From Chrysomallon squamiferum (taxonomy: Eukaryota; Animalia; Mollusca), in NCBI GenBank assembly GCA_012295275.1, contig CM022665.1, positions 35,464,001 through 35,528,000 of the forward strand: 64,000 nt of DNA, given 5' to 3'. The translations under genes were made by a program, and so were the position numbers. The notes below the pieces were generated by a model that had not been told where the DNA came from, ran no database searches, and saw nothing but the letters and a program-made list of their open reading frames with translations. Of the stretch, positions 61,914-64,000 are shown piece by piece (the first letter of the stretch is position 1; the number at the start of each line of letters is the position of its first letter).

Positions 61914-63789
61914 CTGAAAAAAAAAAAAAAAAAAAATCTAAGTGACAGTAAAATATTTCATTTATATAATTATGTAGTAGTATATGTTGCTGTACACTAA
62001 CATAACCAAGATTGTGAAAAAAATAAATAATAATATTAACAAAATAAAACAAAAACAAAAATTGTAAACCCAACAACAAATACAACAACAAACGAATAAT
62101 AAAACACATGAAATTATATATGGAGTTTTAAAGCATTGTACAGTAATATATGCAAGTGGATTTTGAACTGCTCGAGTTAAGATGTTTTATTCATGTTATG
62201 AACATAACTGCCCATGATAGAAAATGTTGATTTTAACACAATCTTGCCAAAAACCTTTCTGACGTAATTGTACTTTTTGGTGATGATAATAAGTTCTTCA
62301 GAAACTATTGTTAATTTGTTCTGATCGCGATAAAACATATTAAATTATTCGAAATTCAAATCAGTATCGCATCACAAACTCTTTATGCTTCGGTTATTCA
62401 CTTTGCCATGTAACATTTATCTTTCAGTTTGGAATATTAAATTTAAACAAATTGTAATTTTGTTCTGTTAGCTCAAAGAGATTTTGTTGAGAATATTCAA
62501 GCGATCGATCAGCTTTCAAAACAAGCACAAACAAAATAGACACAACATATACAAACGTAAAAACTTAAACACAAATATATTTACAAACACACAGTTACAT
62601 ATGTACACGCAAGCACTCACAACATACATACATTCAACATACACAGCTAAACGAAGGTCTCTCACAAACACACAAACACACGCGAAAACACAGATTACAA
62701 CATATTAAAATTAAGCTAACTCAAACTCATACACAACTACAAATAATAAATGCTGAAGTTTTATTTTACATTCTTTTTTGTTGCTATAAATAAATCAAAT
62801 CAAATACCCGCTCCCCCAAAAAAAAATGACTTTTTGCCAAATATCTTATTTTCTTTTCTTTTAATTTTAAAAAAAATCTTCGAAAACGATTCTGCAATTT
62901 TTTTCTTTAAAGAAACAAACTTTTTATAAAGTGAAAACAAATGAACATCAAAGTGACTCCAAAATATTATCTAATAAATATACAGTGTGACATGCATTAA
63001 TGCTACTTTATCAAAAAAATAAAATAAAATAAAAAAAAGTAAAAAAAAAAAAATTTACATCTAAACCTAATCGGATATGTTTAAGAATTTATCAAATAAA
63101 ATAAATATGTTATTTCCTGGCTTAAACATTTAAATTTCGTTTTGACAGATATTCTTAGCAAACAATGAAGACAACTCACTGGCAGAAATATGTATTATTT
63201 TTGGTAAAAACGTTCACAAATAATCGATCTTTGAAATTCATTTCATGCTTGTCAAGAATCAACAGTTAAAAGCATCCCTAACAAAATTATGTATTTTAAG
63301 AGAAAAAGTAATTTGTCAGATCTTCTGCAGAGGAAGTTAATATTAGCTGGTAAGGAAACAACACCAGCGTTTATTAATGCTTTAGTCAGATATATCGTTC
63401 ATGTTATTAGATCATGTTAAATGTGGAATGGCTTTGTATCTTAATAGAGAGAAATAAAATTAACAGAAATAACTGCTACCAAACGGTTAAACCTGTTACC
63501 AAATCCGTTAAATATATTATATAAAAAAAAATCTTTTGCCAAAGCCATTAAAATAGAACAAGATATTAAAACCACGTTATTAATTATACTGAATCTACCA
63601 ATAACACTGAATATGGTACTATGACCTCTGAATTTGCTGTTAAGATGGCGACATGTTTTACATCATTACTGAAGGCAACTGATTATTTACCAAGTCTTCA
63701 GATTAAGCCAGTGAAAACAGTGAACATGTATTATTAGAATTTTTGAACACGTTACTAAGTACACTGGTTCTATCACCAAGATCAGTGAA

Positions 63790-63844
<55 letters not shown>

Positions 63845-64000
63845 TTTTATTTTTTTTCAGAAAACCTGACTATATTACCAAGTCCGCAGAACTGTTTTTA
63901 CCAGGTCTTTAATAAATCTCAAGTATGTTGTTAAGATCACCTAATTTATTACCATTACTACAGAATGTACTCTCAAGCACTTGAATTTATTATCACCAAT

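Noticed and set aside
61914-64000. Further upstream GRIK exons
   Set aside because: No AG/GT-bounded segment with ATD-like sequence was found; the 5' exons presumably lie beyond the window.

Overview
AT-rich, microsatellite-dense animal genomic DNA. It is probably molluscan (gastropod), inferred from a recalled SINE-like repeat, not verified. Three spliced genes lie on the minus strand. Two are ancient tandem paralogs (about 1377-13231 and 23033-29273) of a Mondo/ChREBP (MLXIP/MLXIPL)-family bHLH-Zip-DCD transcription factor, each with six identifiable exons of matching phase and nearly matching size. Both appear to lack the N-terminal glucose-sensing module. Both carry an AT-hook-like KRKCGRPR motif before the basic region, a U12-type (minor spliceosome) intron, and an acidic C-terminal tail built from about 10 decapeptide repeats. 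Paralog A needs a GC donor to join its bHLH halves. Paralog B has, in the equivalent intron, a ~50-copy 31-bp minisatellite that repeats its own splice-donor sequence. The third gene is the 3' 11 exons (52541-61913) of a kainate-type ionotropic glutamate receptor whose 5' end appears to lie beyond the window. Also present: a MITE with a 5-bp TSD, SINE-like fragments, a decayed hAT transposase, composite and degenerate minisatellites and many microsatellites. Most ORFs in the supplied track are microsatellite artefacts.
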